Source of the DNA: Eledone cirrhosa
Taxonomy: Eukaryota
Direction of reading: 5' to 3'
NCBI GenBank assembly: GCA_964016885.1
Contig: OZ024740.1
Span: 335,730,001-335,794,000 of the forward strand
DNA length: 64,000 bases
A program made the translations under genes and the position numbers. The notes beneath the pieces are model-generated. The model did no database searches, had not been told where the DNA came from, and saw only the letters and a list, made by a program, of their open reading frames with translations. Shown in pieces: positions 28,701 to 41,198 of this stretch (position 1 is its first letter; each line of letters opens with the position of its first letter).

Positions 28701-30055
28701 TTTTCACCTGATACCATTTCCCACTCGGCGTCGTCACAATCTGTCTCCAGTTGTGACAGGCCGGGGAGTGGAAAATCCTCCACAGACGTTAGTTTTGGTT
28801 GTGGCGTGGTGGATGGTGTAGGCGCTGGTGCTAGTTCTGGCGCGTTGGGTGGTGGTGGTGTTGGTTTTGCTACTGTTGCTGGGGTTGTTGCTGTTACAGT
28901 TGCTTCTGTTGTTGCTGCTACAGTTGTTGCTGCCATTTCTGCTGCTGCTGGTGTTGATGGTTGAGTTACTGGGGTGGGTAAGAGAGGTGGCCTCAACCTT
29001 TTAGCCTGAGGGCAGAAAGCCCTTAGGTGGGTTCCTTCACCACAAACGACACACCTAGGCCTTCTGCCCTCGACAATTACGGTGAGATGGCTGCCGTCAG
29101 TGAGGTCTATTACCTCTGGGATCTCCTCATTGCTTTTTTTGGTCCGCTTGGATCAGGAGCTCCATCCCAGATCCGGACCAGTTCTCCTGTTTTTCTTTTG
29201 CTATTTCGATTATCTTGGTGTTGGCTTCGATGCCGGCGAGGACGGCAGCTATTACCCAGGGAATTTCGATGGCCGGTGGAACGTGGGTCACCCTGATCTT
29301 TACGAGTCTCTGGCCACAATAACTTGGGACGAGTGTGAAGTCGTCGCTTCTTAATGGGGCCATGGAGTGTTCTCTAGCCTTCTGTGGTGTTTCAAAGAAC
29401 ACGTCCACAGTTCCATATTTCTGCCCACGCCTGATGTGGGGTTTTTTTCCCACACATGTCCCAAAGCTTTTTGGATTTGGGACTCGAATGCCCGTTCCAC
29501 TCGGCGCGATTTTATATTAATTGTTCGATAAGACACGGTGCATATGCGCTGATGCTCCATTTTATTAGGTGTGGGGGGGGGGCTGACCCTGTACCCATCT
29601 TTCTTTACCATTTTTTTGGCTTCTTCTAATTCCTCCTGAGTTACCTGAAATGCTTCGCACTGTTTTGCTACTCTGGCAAAACTCAAGGTGGTTTTCTTAA
29701 TGTCATTGTTGCTGTTGTTATTATCGTTAATTTTGTTATTATTAATTTTCGTTTCAGTTGTGATGGTGGTGGCGTCATGGTGTTCGGTGTGGAAGAGTTC
29801 ATTTTGGTTGAATTCATTTCGATATCACGAGTTAATTTATTTTTTTCTTTTGTTTCTGTTGTCGCTGTGGTGGAGGTGGGGAGGGGGGGTTGTCACGGTG
29901 GTGGTGGTGGTAGAGGCGTTAACACCTGCAGTCATTGGTAATGGCGGGAAATGAACGTCTGCCTGAGACGAATTTAAAATATTGCTACTGCTTACATTTC
30001 CAGTGTTGGCAAACGTAGCAATATTTACAATGGTGGTGTCGGTGTGAGGTGTTAG
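25743..30055 (-). mobile_element. Tx1-clade LINE B3: family-B ORF2 and 3' UTR with a different ORF1; RT core deleted; 5' end missing
   Basis: ORF2 start 28101 matches family B; ~1.3-kb deletion at 27300 with TAGT microhomology; ORF1 pieces 28138-29950 (SFARVAKQ, GRRPRCVVC) only distantly similar to family B ORF1. Confidence 0.88.
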
Positions 30056-30060
30056 ATTGT

Positions 30061-31085
30061 TAACATATTTAAATCATTTGTGAAATAACAACTCTTAGTA
30101 CAGATGCTACGTAAACCATCCGGCTTGAGCCCCAAAAATTTCGGACCCAAAATATATTGTTATAAGGCTCAAATATTCAAATATTCAACTTTGTATTGTA
30201 CATTGTATATTCAAAAAAGAAAATGGCTATAAATGGAAGAAGAACCCCCCCCCCCTCCTCTGTCTACGCTATATAGAACAGCCAAACAACACCAATCTCA
30301 CCAACACCAGAAACTAGATACACCACCTACCCCATCACCTCTCTGTGTACACTAAACACAACAGCCAGATAACGGCAATTTCACCACCACCACTCACTAC
30401 TGCCATCATTACCACCACTATCCCATCACCGCCGCCACCACTCCTTCATTACTACCACCGCTACAACACCATCACTACAGTAATACGATCACATCACCAC
30501 CACCACTGCCTCGGTATCGACATCACCACCACCACTGTATCAGTATCGATACCGCCGCTACTGTCTCCCACATCTCCCCGCTGGCTGGTGCCACCACATT
30601 ATAGAATTACTATTATAGAATTACTATTATTATTGTCTCAAATTTAAAAAAAAATGTTTAATTCCAATTTTACGTGAATATGTCAACACAAAATATAATA
30701 AAAATATATATTAAACATACGAACACAAACTCATAGATACTACATATCAGTAACCACAACGCCACCGCTGCCACCACCCCACCCCATCCATCATTGCTAC
30801 CACTATCCCATGGTCGCCGCCACCACTCCTTCAATGCTACCACCACTATTCCGTTAACTTGAGAGAGAAAGGGGAAGGTGGCGGTATCACTAGATAAGGG
30901 AGAGGCTAGCAAAAGATATAAATAGATTGACTTAGTGGCCTGGCCACCGGCCAAACGTCAACATCAACAACTATGGGACTGCTGGCTCACCCCTTCCTCA
31001 CCAACAATATAAAAAGCCCCGGCACCACCACCGACATAGCCACAACAATAACAGCCAACTACAACAAAAAGTATATTATATTATT
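30061..31085 (+). repeat. ACC-rich module homologous to the Dong A 5' leader (47055-47930 and 60-510)
   Basis: TAACATATTTAAATCATTTGTGAAATAAC... shared with 47054 onward; GAAGGTGGCGGTATCACTAGA shared with 195-215. Confidence 0.85.
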
Positions 31086-31087
31086 GT

Positions 31088-31137
31088 AATGCACTGGGTG
31101 ATTGCTGGCCTTGTGCCTGGAGTGGAGACAATTATTA
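31088..31137 (+). mobile_element. SINE 3'-tail fragment
   Basis: TAATGCACTGGGTGATTGCTGGCCTTGTGCC...ACAATTATT is the reverse complement of 13626-13675 except for four A>G changes. Confidence 0.8.
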
Positions 31138-31142
31138 ATAAT

Positions 31143-34100
31143 TTCATTCTTAAGCCACGCAATGCTCACATTAAGGAACCACTCATGATAATAACAATTT
31201 TAAAAAACAACAAAAAGAAAACCCCGTGACCAAGAAATACCGGGATGGCGGCCGGCGGGGAATAGCCGTGTCTCTAGGGGAGAACGACCCCTCTAGTCTT
31301 GGTTGACACTCGTTCTAGAAGTGGTAACACGAAATGATTACCCCTTGGCGGATAAGGATAAAACGCGACAAAATAAAGTAAATGTCTAATGATAAAATCT
31401 CATACCGGATCGGCCGTCACCCGGGTAAAAAAGGGCCGCGTCCCTCAGAGAGGAACAAGACTGGGGTCGAAAAATCAGCTAATGGTTCAAACCTTCCCAT
31501 CACTTCGGAGCTGGAGACCTCCCATAACCGGAATACTCCTACTGTTGGCCCTCCATGCTCACCACCAAGAAATCCAAAGAAAAAGAGAGAAAAATGGTCA
31601 AGGGAAGATAATAAAGAAGTCCTTGAGGCCTTCTACACTGCCATGTACTACCCATCAAATACATCGAATACAGAACTGGAAAAAGAAACATCCCGAAAAC
31701 AGAGGCTATATTGACAGTAACAAACTAGCCAATATACGAAGAAATATTGTAAGAAAAAAGTTACTAACTGATATAGAAATTGATCAGATCAAGCTATTAG
31801 CACAAAGTCAGCGAAGGGAAAATGAAACATGTGTCAGTGAAAAAGAGGTAAACTGTAACACTTCGAATCCCAGGGTTGGGGCGGAATCACTGGCAACAGA
31901 ACAAATTAAAGAAAGGATCGAAAAAGTGGAGGGAGTGCATGCTCAAGATGAAACTCCAAATGAAAATAATGAGATCGTAAATGATAAAGAAATGAATGAG
32001 AATGAACTTGCCAACTTGAAGGATGAAATTATGATCGAATGGATGAAAATGAAAGAATCTGACATGGGGCAACGAGACACCCTCCCTAAGATCCAGAACT
32101 CCAAACAGAACCAAAAGATAATACACAAGACTAACATAATTCTCAAAAACATTATCATCACAAACAAACTAAACATTACTGATTTAAATCATCTCTATTA
32201 TGCATCGGCTAAAGTCACCACTCACTTATGTGGAGTGAAGATGAAAAAACAAAGGAATTCCCACAAGAAATCTACTTGGCAAGAGAACATCAATCGCCAA
32301 ATAAACCTTCTCCGATCTGACATAGAAATTTTAACAAACTATAAAGTAGGTGAACATGTTAAACAAACTAAACTTAGAAAATTGAAAAAAAAGTACAGTA
32401 TAAAATCAACATGTGACATAGACATGCTGATAGAAATAATCAAGCAAAAAGTGTCGGCCAAAGCTGCTCGTATAAGGCGCTTTGAAAAACGATCTAGATT
32501 CTATAAGGACAATAATATGTTCAAAAACAACCAAAGAAACTTCTACAGAAGAATTGGTAAGTCAACAATAACTGCTAAATCAATACCACCCAAGGAGGAA
32601 GTGCAAGAATTCTCGGATACGATCTGGGCCGAAGAAAAAGTTCATAACATACATGCCCCATGGATAGACAGACAAATGAAAGATACAGCTCACCTTGAGG
32701 AACAAACATGGGAAAATATAACAGTTGAACAGTTGCGCTTGGCTCTAAGAAAAACCAGCAAATGGAAATCCCCAGGAGAAGACAAAATACAAAACTTTTG
32801 GATAAATGCCTTCACAGAGTCTCATGAGCTGTTAGCCCAACTTTACAATGAAATAGTTAAGGAGCCAGAAAAGATACCTTCATGGCTAGTTAACGGCATT
32901 ACATTCCTGCTTCCGAAGAATGATGAGACAAACAATCCCAAAAATTACAGACCGATAACTTGCTTGACCACAATGTATAAAATGTTAACATCAGTCCTAA
33001 CTGAATACACATATGACCACCTGATAACAAATGACCTATTTCCCATTGAGCAGAAAGGGTGTAAACGAGGCTCATATGGCTGTAAGGATCAGCTTCTGGT
33101 TAACAAAATGATACTGGAAGATTGTCATAATAGACACAAAAATCTATCGATTGCTTGGATAGATGATAAAAAAGCATTTGATAGTTTGCCACACAGTTGG
33201 ATTGAAAAATGTTTAGAGATTTTCAAAATATCCCCCGTTGTCAGGAGGTTTTTGTTATTCAGTATGAAGACATGGAAAACGACACTCTTTTTGAATAGTG
33301 AAACAAAATCACTGGAAGCTGGAGAAGTTAATATTAATTGTGGAATTTTTCAGGGTGACTCTTTATCACCGCTTTTATTCTGCATCGCACTTATACCATT
33401 AAGTAAAATGCTCAATGAAACAAAACATGGATATAAAGTCTATGACAAAACCATTAATCACCTGAAACTATTTGCAAAAAATGATGAACAATTGCAAGGG
33501 CTATTATCCACTGTGAAGCAGTTCAGTGATGACATTAAAATGGAGTTTGGACTAGATAAATGCGCCAAAGCAACGTTCACCAGAGGAAAGCTGCTGAAGA
33601 GTTCAGACATTAATCTTGATCGGGGGAACGTGATAAGAGAACTTGATCAAGAAAAAACTTACAAATATCTAGGTGTTTGTGAAGGAGACGGAATCAAGCA
33701 CTCGACAATGAGGGAAAGGATAAGGAAGGAATGTTACCGCAGAGTAAGAGCAATCTTAAGAACGGAATTGAATGCAAGGAATAGGATCGATGCCATAAAC
33801 ACGCTTGCCATACCAGTAGTAACCTACAGTTACAATGTCATCAACTGGTCAAGCACAGAGATCCGTAGGCTCGATACAAAAATTCGAAAATTCTTAACCA
33901 TGCACAGAATGCATCACCCTAAGGCAGATATAGATAGAATATATCTCCCTAGGAAAGAAGGAGGACGTGGGTTAATCCAGTTAGACATTGCGTTGAAAAC
34001 TGCAACAATTGGATTATCTACATATCTAAGGGAATCACATGATTGGATGATCAAACTCGTTTTGAAACACGAAAGCATCAAAAGATCATATTCTATTACA

Positions 34101-35137
34101 AAAGATGCACAAAGATACAGTAATGGACTACAAATTTCAGAAGTCCCATTTACTGCTGAAATGGAAAACACAGAAAAAGCAAAGCAGGTAAAAGTAACTG
34201 CAAAGAAAGAACTGCTACAGAAACTGGCTAAGAAATGGCAAGAAAAGCCTCTGTACCCAGAGCGAGCTAACAATCCTGATGTTGACAAAACTTTAACCCA
34301 TCAGTGGTTGGCATCCTCTGGACTGAAATCGGAGACTGAAGGACTGATTATATCGGCACAAGATGAGTGTCTGCCAACAAAAAATTACCAAGCCAACATA
34401 ATAAAAAAAATGGGTGCAGCCCATTATGCCGTGTATGCAAAAAACAACCAGAGACCATTGATCATATAATTTCAATGTGCAGTCCTATAGCTCCAACCGA
34501 ATACCTAAACAGGCATGACAGAGCTGCACAATACATACATTGGATAATGCGTAAGCATTTTGACCTGCCCCATCAAAAGAATTGGTGGGAGCATCAACCA
34601 CCTCCCATACTTGAAAAAGATCACATCTCAATCTTGTGGAACTTTAGCATCCAAACAGACCGAAAAATAGATGCAAACAGACCTGATATAATATTGAAAG
34701 ACTTTCAAAAGAGGGTATGCCTGCTAATTGATATGTCTGTTCCAATAGACAAGAATGTATCTATAAAAACATTTGAAAAATTTAGCAAGTATAAGGATCT
34801 GGAGATAGAAATTGGAAAAATGTGGAAATTGAGAACTAAAACAATACCAGTGGTTGTAGGCTCTCTGGGAATGATACCTAAGGGGTCTAATGATTACTTA
34901 TCGCAAATCCCAGGAAACCCGCGTATAGGAGAAATACAAAAGATAGTACTAATGGGAACTGCCCATATACTAAGGAAGATTCTGTCAATATGAGTACATC
35001 ACAAGTCTAAACACTAAAGATGCATGTGTGAATATGTATGTTCTTTCTTGAACATGGTGGACCTTGTTGTCTCTTGAGGTCACTGGTTGTGACTTGGTGA
35101 TAACCCGTATGAACATAAAGCAAGATAAATGCAACTC
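31143..35137 (+). mobile_element. R4/Dong-clade element, second family (E), defective
   Basis: RT, CRVC..H..C, RHD and RPDII..D REL motifs; 3' UTR 34994-35137 followed by (TAA)n 35138-35168. Confidence 0.92.
31382..34993 (+). pseudogene. Dong E ORF; frameshifts at ~31670 and ~34405, catalytic xxDD motif deleted in frame
   Basis: True N-terminus is in ORF 31382 (REKWSREDNKEVLEAFY, Myb-like), body in 31389-34469, C-terminus in 34367-34993; TINHLKLF versus [14 protein letters not shown] in family A. Confidence 0.9.
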
Positions 35138-35168
<31 letters not shown>

Positions 35169-35253
35169 TGTTTCTACTTTTGGCACAAGGCCAGCAATTA
35201 TTATAGTGTATTACTGGTACTTTATTTTATCGACCCCGTCGGGATGAAAGTCA

Positions 35254-35254
<1 letters not shown>
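35169..35254 (-). mobile_element. 5'-truncated SINE within (TAA)n
   Basis: Matches the 3' half of 13631-13815. Confidence 0.82.
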
Positions 35255-35283
<29 letters not shown>

Positions 35284-35285
<2 letters not shown>

Positions 35286-38200
35286 TTTCATTTATTGGCC
35301 ACAAGGGCCGACGTATAGTGGACAATACAAAAGACTGTGTCAGTGGGGTTTTACAGAAAAATCGAGTAAACAAATATGAATAACAATAACAAAGTAACAA
35401 GAAAAATTAAACAAGAAAAATTCCCAATATGACCACTAGGGTTCGCTCAGGTACACCAACAATCCTGAACAACCCGACGCTTCGGGAGCACCCAGGAAGG
35501 GCACCCCTCTCCTCCTCAAATTTACCCACCCACAGGCGCATGATCAGAGTAAGCCCACTCACAAAGGCCATTCTCGCTACATTCACCCACCTTTCAGCAA
35601 ATGTACTGGGGGGCAGCACTTCTCTCTCCACCTTCACCTTCCTTTCCAAGGGAAACTTGAAAAAGTTGATGAGGGATTGGCCGAAGAAAAAGTGTCTGAC
35701 TTCAGTCCTTTCAACCTCGTCCACCATACAACCCCTTTCGCTACTGCCACCAGACAGAGGAAAATTGCCTGCCCTTCCTGGCCAAAAGAAGGCGGTGGGT
35801 CGATCTTCACTATGGACTCGGCCGATAGCCGGATTCATTCTACACGCGACAACAGCTGTTCGACATAACTCCACAAGTCAGTAATGCACGGACACTGGAC
35901 GAGTGCGTGCAGAACGGTTTCGTCGCTCTGAGCGCATCTTGGGCATGTCCGTCTGACAGCACTTCCGTGCCTGTAGAGTGAGGGATTTTTGGAAATTATC
36001 CATTGTTCCCGGCTCGAAAGTGCTCCGGAACAGACTGGTTAGTTCGACTTCGCCGACTCCCAGAGCCTCTCCGAGGGCGTCGTCTCACTTTCCCACCACT
36101 AATCCTCTATAGAACTCAAGAGTGTAAGTTCCACTGACTGCATTGCCCGCCTGGTAGACGACAGTGAGTTCCTGGCAACATTCCAGATGCCAGTCACCCA
36201 GTCTCGATCTCTTCTTGACCCAGGACTGCAGCTCAGTCAAAGAGACGAGCTGGGGAAAGAACAGTCTGACAAACGGCGACCATACCTGTTCACCGTTTAG
36301 GCAGAATATCTGGAGATGCCGCAGCCTCAGCACGTGTCTGCGCATCAGTAGCTACGGCATGCCCATCCCTCCACGTATAGGGTGCTGGCAGCGGATGGAT
36401 CGCTTCACCAACGGAACCTGACCCCTACACAAGAATATGAAGAGGAGCAGCTCCAAGATGGCGAGGCGCGAACGGGAGCAAGGGACGACGGTCAGACGGT
36501 AGTACATGACGGTCTAATGTACGCCTTCGCCACCTCCGCCCGACCTTTCAGTGATATATTTCTCGCAGCCCATTTCTGGGTGAGACTGGCTACCCTTGCC
36601 GTCATCTTGTCCCAATTCTTATCCACTGGAGGTCTGGCCCGAAACAAACCCCGAGCAACTTTACCGGTCCGTACGTCCAGCGCCTAACGACGCTGTTGGG
36701 TGGCATGGACTTGCCTCTCCCGGTGCCGAGTTGCAAACCCACCGACTTTTCCGGGTTAAGTTTTGCTCCCGTCAACCTTTCATATTCCTCCAATAAGTTG
36801 CCAACCACCTCGATTTCTGAGGTGTCCAACACCATCACGGTGATGTCGTCCGCATAAGCTGATACAACTTTTCCGCTTCCCGGTTTAATCGGGATGCCCT
36901 GCAATAGTCCCAGCTTCCGCAGTAAAGGCTCGACAGTCAATACATACAGAAGGGAGAAGAGATGGCACCCTTGACGAACCGATCGGGAGACCTGAAACAG
37001 TTCCGAGAGGTGGCCATTAATTTTGACCACCGAGCAGGTGGCGATGTGCATTGCAGCGATCCGGCTTCTGAAGACGGGGCCGAAGCCAGCCGCCTTGAGG
37101 ACAGCTTTCAGGTACCAATGGTCGACCCTATCGAATGCTACGATTGATCTAAATTGATCAGAGCCCCCACCGAAGCCAGGTTTACACCCTACCTTCTCTA
37201 TGATGTATCTCATCAGGTGGAGGTTGCGTGTATGGACCTGGTTGGGATTGCGAAAGTTTGCGCCTCCCGAACCAAATCCCCGACGACAAGCGCCAACCTC
37301 TTCGCTAACACTCTGGCCAAAATCTGGTGACTTGTGCCTCATGCAGCCGACAAGGGCATCCTGAATCTCGGCTGAAGTAATCGGTCTTTCTCAGCGCCCA
37401 GCGTCGGCTGTCGATAGTTGCGGCAAGCCATCGAGGTAGGGACTGAAGTCCGCCACCGCCTCTGACCCGCCACTTCCTCCGAAAAACATAGCAAATTATT
37501 GGCGAACATCCGTTTGGAATCGCTCAGCTCGTGGCCATCTCGGTCCGTCAAAGACCGAATCGTGGTTTTATTACCACGCTGCGCCTCTTCCACGCCGGCC
37601 TATCGAACAGCTTTGGTTCCCTTGTTTCTCAGAGCACGCGCCTTAGCTCTGAGAATGCAACCTTCATGTTTCGCATTGAAGAAATGGTCTAATGCCATCC
37701 TCGCCTTTAGCACGTTAGTTGCAATGCCACTACAAATAGCCTCGTCTAACTTATCTACCAACTCCCCCTCGTTTCTAGTTTTCTCTAACGCTACTTCTTT
37801 GCTAAACTCTATCGACATTACCCTAATCTCTCTTTTGAGATCTCCCCACCATCTATTGTTGACGACTCCCCGTCAACGTTTTCTTAACTAAATTGTTGAC
37901 CTGGTCCCTGTAAGCCTTACGTGCCGGAAATGACATGTTCAGCTTCTAGTAACCAGGTCCTAATCTACGCGTCTTATCTAGGTCGACCAAACAGATCACA
38001 AACTCGTGATCTGAATAGGCGACCGTTTTAGAACGTGGACAGCTTACAGTATTTCTATCTATTTTCCTATTGAATATCCTGTCTATATACGATCTAGATG
38101 ACCCTATGCTGTTATTCCAGGTCCACACTGGCGCATTAGTGAAATCTAGTTCTACCTGTCAGACAGTTGGAACTGGCTGATCAGGTTCTTGAGGCTTTTG

Positions 38201-40855
38201 CACCCCCGCTCCTATCGGATACTCCCACACAGTCCCAGCGTGCGTCTAAGATGCCGTTCCAGTCCCCCGCTAACAGTAAAAGGCGAGACGTACCCAGAAA
38301 GGCTTCCAGGCGTTTAAAGAAGTCCATCCGACCTGCCCCAATAGGGCCGTAGACGGCCACCAGTCTAAAGGAACCACCTTCGTTCACGTCCAGGACCACC
38401 AACTTCCCGTCCGGGTCCCGGAAGATCGACCTTACTTCGAGATCCAGGCCTTTCCTAAACAACACTGCCACCCCACCTCCCATTCCCGGCCGACTAACAC
38501 ATGTAAAGATCTGATAGTCGCCGAAAATGGGGGCTAGTGCGCGCGTGTCGGAAATCCTGGTCTGGCTGACGGCAATTACATCCATTTCTAGAGACCTGAG
38601 GTCGTTGAGCAGGTGACCATGCTTCCAGGACGATGCCAGGCCTCGAACATTTAAGCTTCCTACTCTTAATACGGCCATGTTGGCAGGTAAAAAGAGAGAG
38701 AGGAAAGGTTTACTTACCTTCCGGACTCTTGTGAAGGTCGGGTGGTTCGACCTCCATAGTTGGTGGGGTTTCTTTTGGGAACCCCTTTGAAAGTCTTGAA
38801 GTGGGTTTTACGTTCGCGGTTCCCACGTCCCGAGAAAAGCTGTCTCGTATCTCTTTGAATAAATCGAGCGACATTCGCACCAGAAACAAATCTTCCGGCA
38901 CGCGAAATGTGCTTGATTTAAAAATTTCCCTCTCTTTTTGTATATTTTCACTTCGTGCTATGAGGGCCATCAGCTCATTGTTGGCCCTCCTGACGAGCAC
39001 GAAGTTTTGTATGTTTCGGATTTTATTTGTTTGCGTGGCTGTGGTGGTGATGGTTTTGGTGGTGTTGTTTCGGTTGTGTCTGTGGTTGTTGTGAGTGCGG
39101 TGTCTGTGGTTTCAGATGTTTGTGTGTGTATTGGTTCTTGCGTCTGTTTAGGTTGTTTGCATTTGGAGGATTCTGGTGATGGTGATGGTGGTGTTGATGT
39201 TGGTGTTATTGGCGAGATGTTTCCGTGGGTAGTGTCTGCATTTTTTATTGTGGCTGATTTTGTGCTTTGTTGAGGTTTCTTTTCATTTTTGTGTTTCCTT
39301 TTTTGTATTTTGGGGCATTTTGGTTTTCCCTCATCTTCACTACTGGTAGATGAGGGGTCTGTGTCTGTAAGTGTGTGTGTGTGTGTTTACGTTTTTATTG
39401 ATGTGTGTCTTTTGGGGAGGAGGATGAATTTGATAACTTTCCTCGTTTCCCCCCTGGGTGGTCAATGTTGGTTGTGGTCTTTCTATTGGTGTTGTTGTTG
39501 GTGGTTTTGCCGGTGCTGGTGTTGGTTCTGGTCCTCGCCACGGCGTCGGCAACAGTGGTGTCCTTCGACCCCTTGCACCTTTCAGCAGTTGAGGGCAGAA
39601 GGCTCGCAAATGGGTTTTTTCCCACAAACAAAACAATGCGGGTTTTGCCCTCGACCATAATATGAATGACCGTCCCATTCTAAAGGCGGATGTGGTCCGG
39701 GATTGTCTTCACATTCTCTGGAGAAGTATCTCCAGGTCAACCCCGGATCAGTCCTCTCTGGTCGTTTTTGTCACTTCTATCGGGACGGTATCCGTCCGTT
39801 CAACAATCACACATCCCAGAAACCACCACATGTCAAGTCCTGGTGGGATTCTGGAAATGCGGAGACGTACCGTTCTTTTCCTATGTGGGAGGGGTGCATA
39901 ATGACCTTGCTGGTTTTGCAAGGAGTCATAGCGTGTTTCATAGCGAGGGCTTCTGACTTGAACAGCACCGAAATGGTGCCGTACTGTCTGCCCCTCGCTA
40001 TGTATTCGGTGTCTTCTCTGATGCACCTCAGCGCGACTTCGACATCTGCTTGTGGAATTAAAGCTGTCCTTTTGGTTTGTGCTGAGATGCATCTATAATG
40101 CACCGTTCTGCGCTCCACTGCCTCAATAGCTTCTACCGGGACTGTTAAGTTGGCCCATGTTTGCTCTTGCTTGATGAGCTTCCATGCCTGGGCCAACTTT
40201 TCATCTTTGCTTGAGAGGTCCATGCTTTGCTGCTGCCGCAGGGAAAGTGTTCTTGTTGTCGTTGGGGGTGTTGTTGTTGTTGTTCTTGTTCTTGTTGGTG
40301 TTGTTGTTATCACTGTCGCTGTTATCATTGTTGTCTTTGGTGCCGCCGTTGTTCTCAGTGCAGTTGGTATTGTTGCTGTTGGTGTTGTTGCTATTCGTTT
40401 TCATGTTAGTGGTGTTGATATTGATGTTGCATTTGTCATTATTTCTCTCATCTGTATTTTCGTTGTCGCTGTTACTGTCATTTTTTTCCAAATTAGAGTT
40501 CTCAGTGTTGTTATCATTGCTGTCTTTGTTCACATTGTTTGTGGTGGTGTTTGTTGTATCAATTTCTGTTAATTTCGCCGTAACGCTCTTCTCAACCTTT
40601 ACATCGTTGTCGCACGATAGCAGACATATCGCTGAGGGGCGTGACTCAGCCATGTTTTTTTGTTGTTTTTTTTTGGATAATTTTTTTAAAATGTAAAAGA
40701 GTTCAAATAATATGGCCCAAATATTATTCTTTGCCCTTCACAGGGCAAAGTCCAAGGGCCTGTATGCCTTACACAACAACAAAATATTCAATAAATAAGT
40801 TTTGACAGGCAGATAAATAAACTTACGAGAGCGAGCAAAAAGACGTCCGTTCAGA

Positions 40856-40858
<3 letters not shown>
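35284..40858 (-). mobile_element. Tx1-clade LINE, family C copy 2; full extent, many frameshifts
   Basis: ORF1 ATG 40653 to stop 38710; ORF2 ATG 38678 (MAVLRVGSLNVRG, GDWNG, YADD); (AAT)n 35255-35283 and 40859-40935. Confidence 0.92.
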
Positions 40859-40913
<55 letters not shown>

Positions 40914-41198
40914 TAATGATAATAATAATAATAATGATTTCTTTATTAACCACAAGGGTTTACATAAAGTAGACATTAAGGACAGTGCAGGACAATGCAG
41001 GACGGTACAAATGGGCATTTCTGCGTGTAAAAAAACAAAAACAGAGGATGTAACAAAAATAACAATGAAAATAACAATGAAAAAATTCCCCAATAGGGGG
41101 GAGACTTCGGAGGGACATTTGTGGAGAAAGCCCAGTAAAAAGCCACAATGACCCTGACCACCAAGGCAAGTGCCCTCTCCCAGTTTTCCACCTTTAGT

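Noticed and set aside
31226-31332. Possible HDV-like ribozyme in the Dong E 5' UTR (GACCAA/TTGGTT P1, GAC-CCCTCTA-GTC P3/L3)
   Set aside because: No catalytic C in the J4/2 position (GGTAA), and P2 is not contiguous with P3; would need the family consensus to revisit
31389-31670. N-terminus of the 1026-aa ORF as annotated in the ORF track
   Set aside because: Homology to Dong A (W....N..V...Y) lies in the overlapping frame starting at 31382, so the track ORF is a frameshift fusion
34400-34412. Programmed frameshift before the Dong E endonuclease
   Set aside because: Occurs in an A-run and family A is a single ORF here; mutation or homopolymer sequencing error is more likely, as for several other frameshifts
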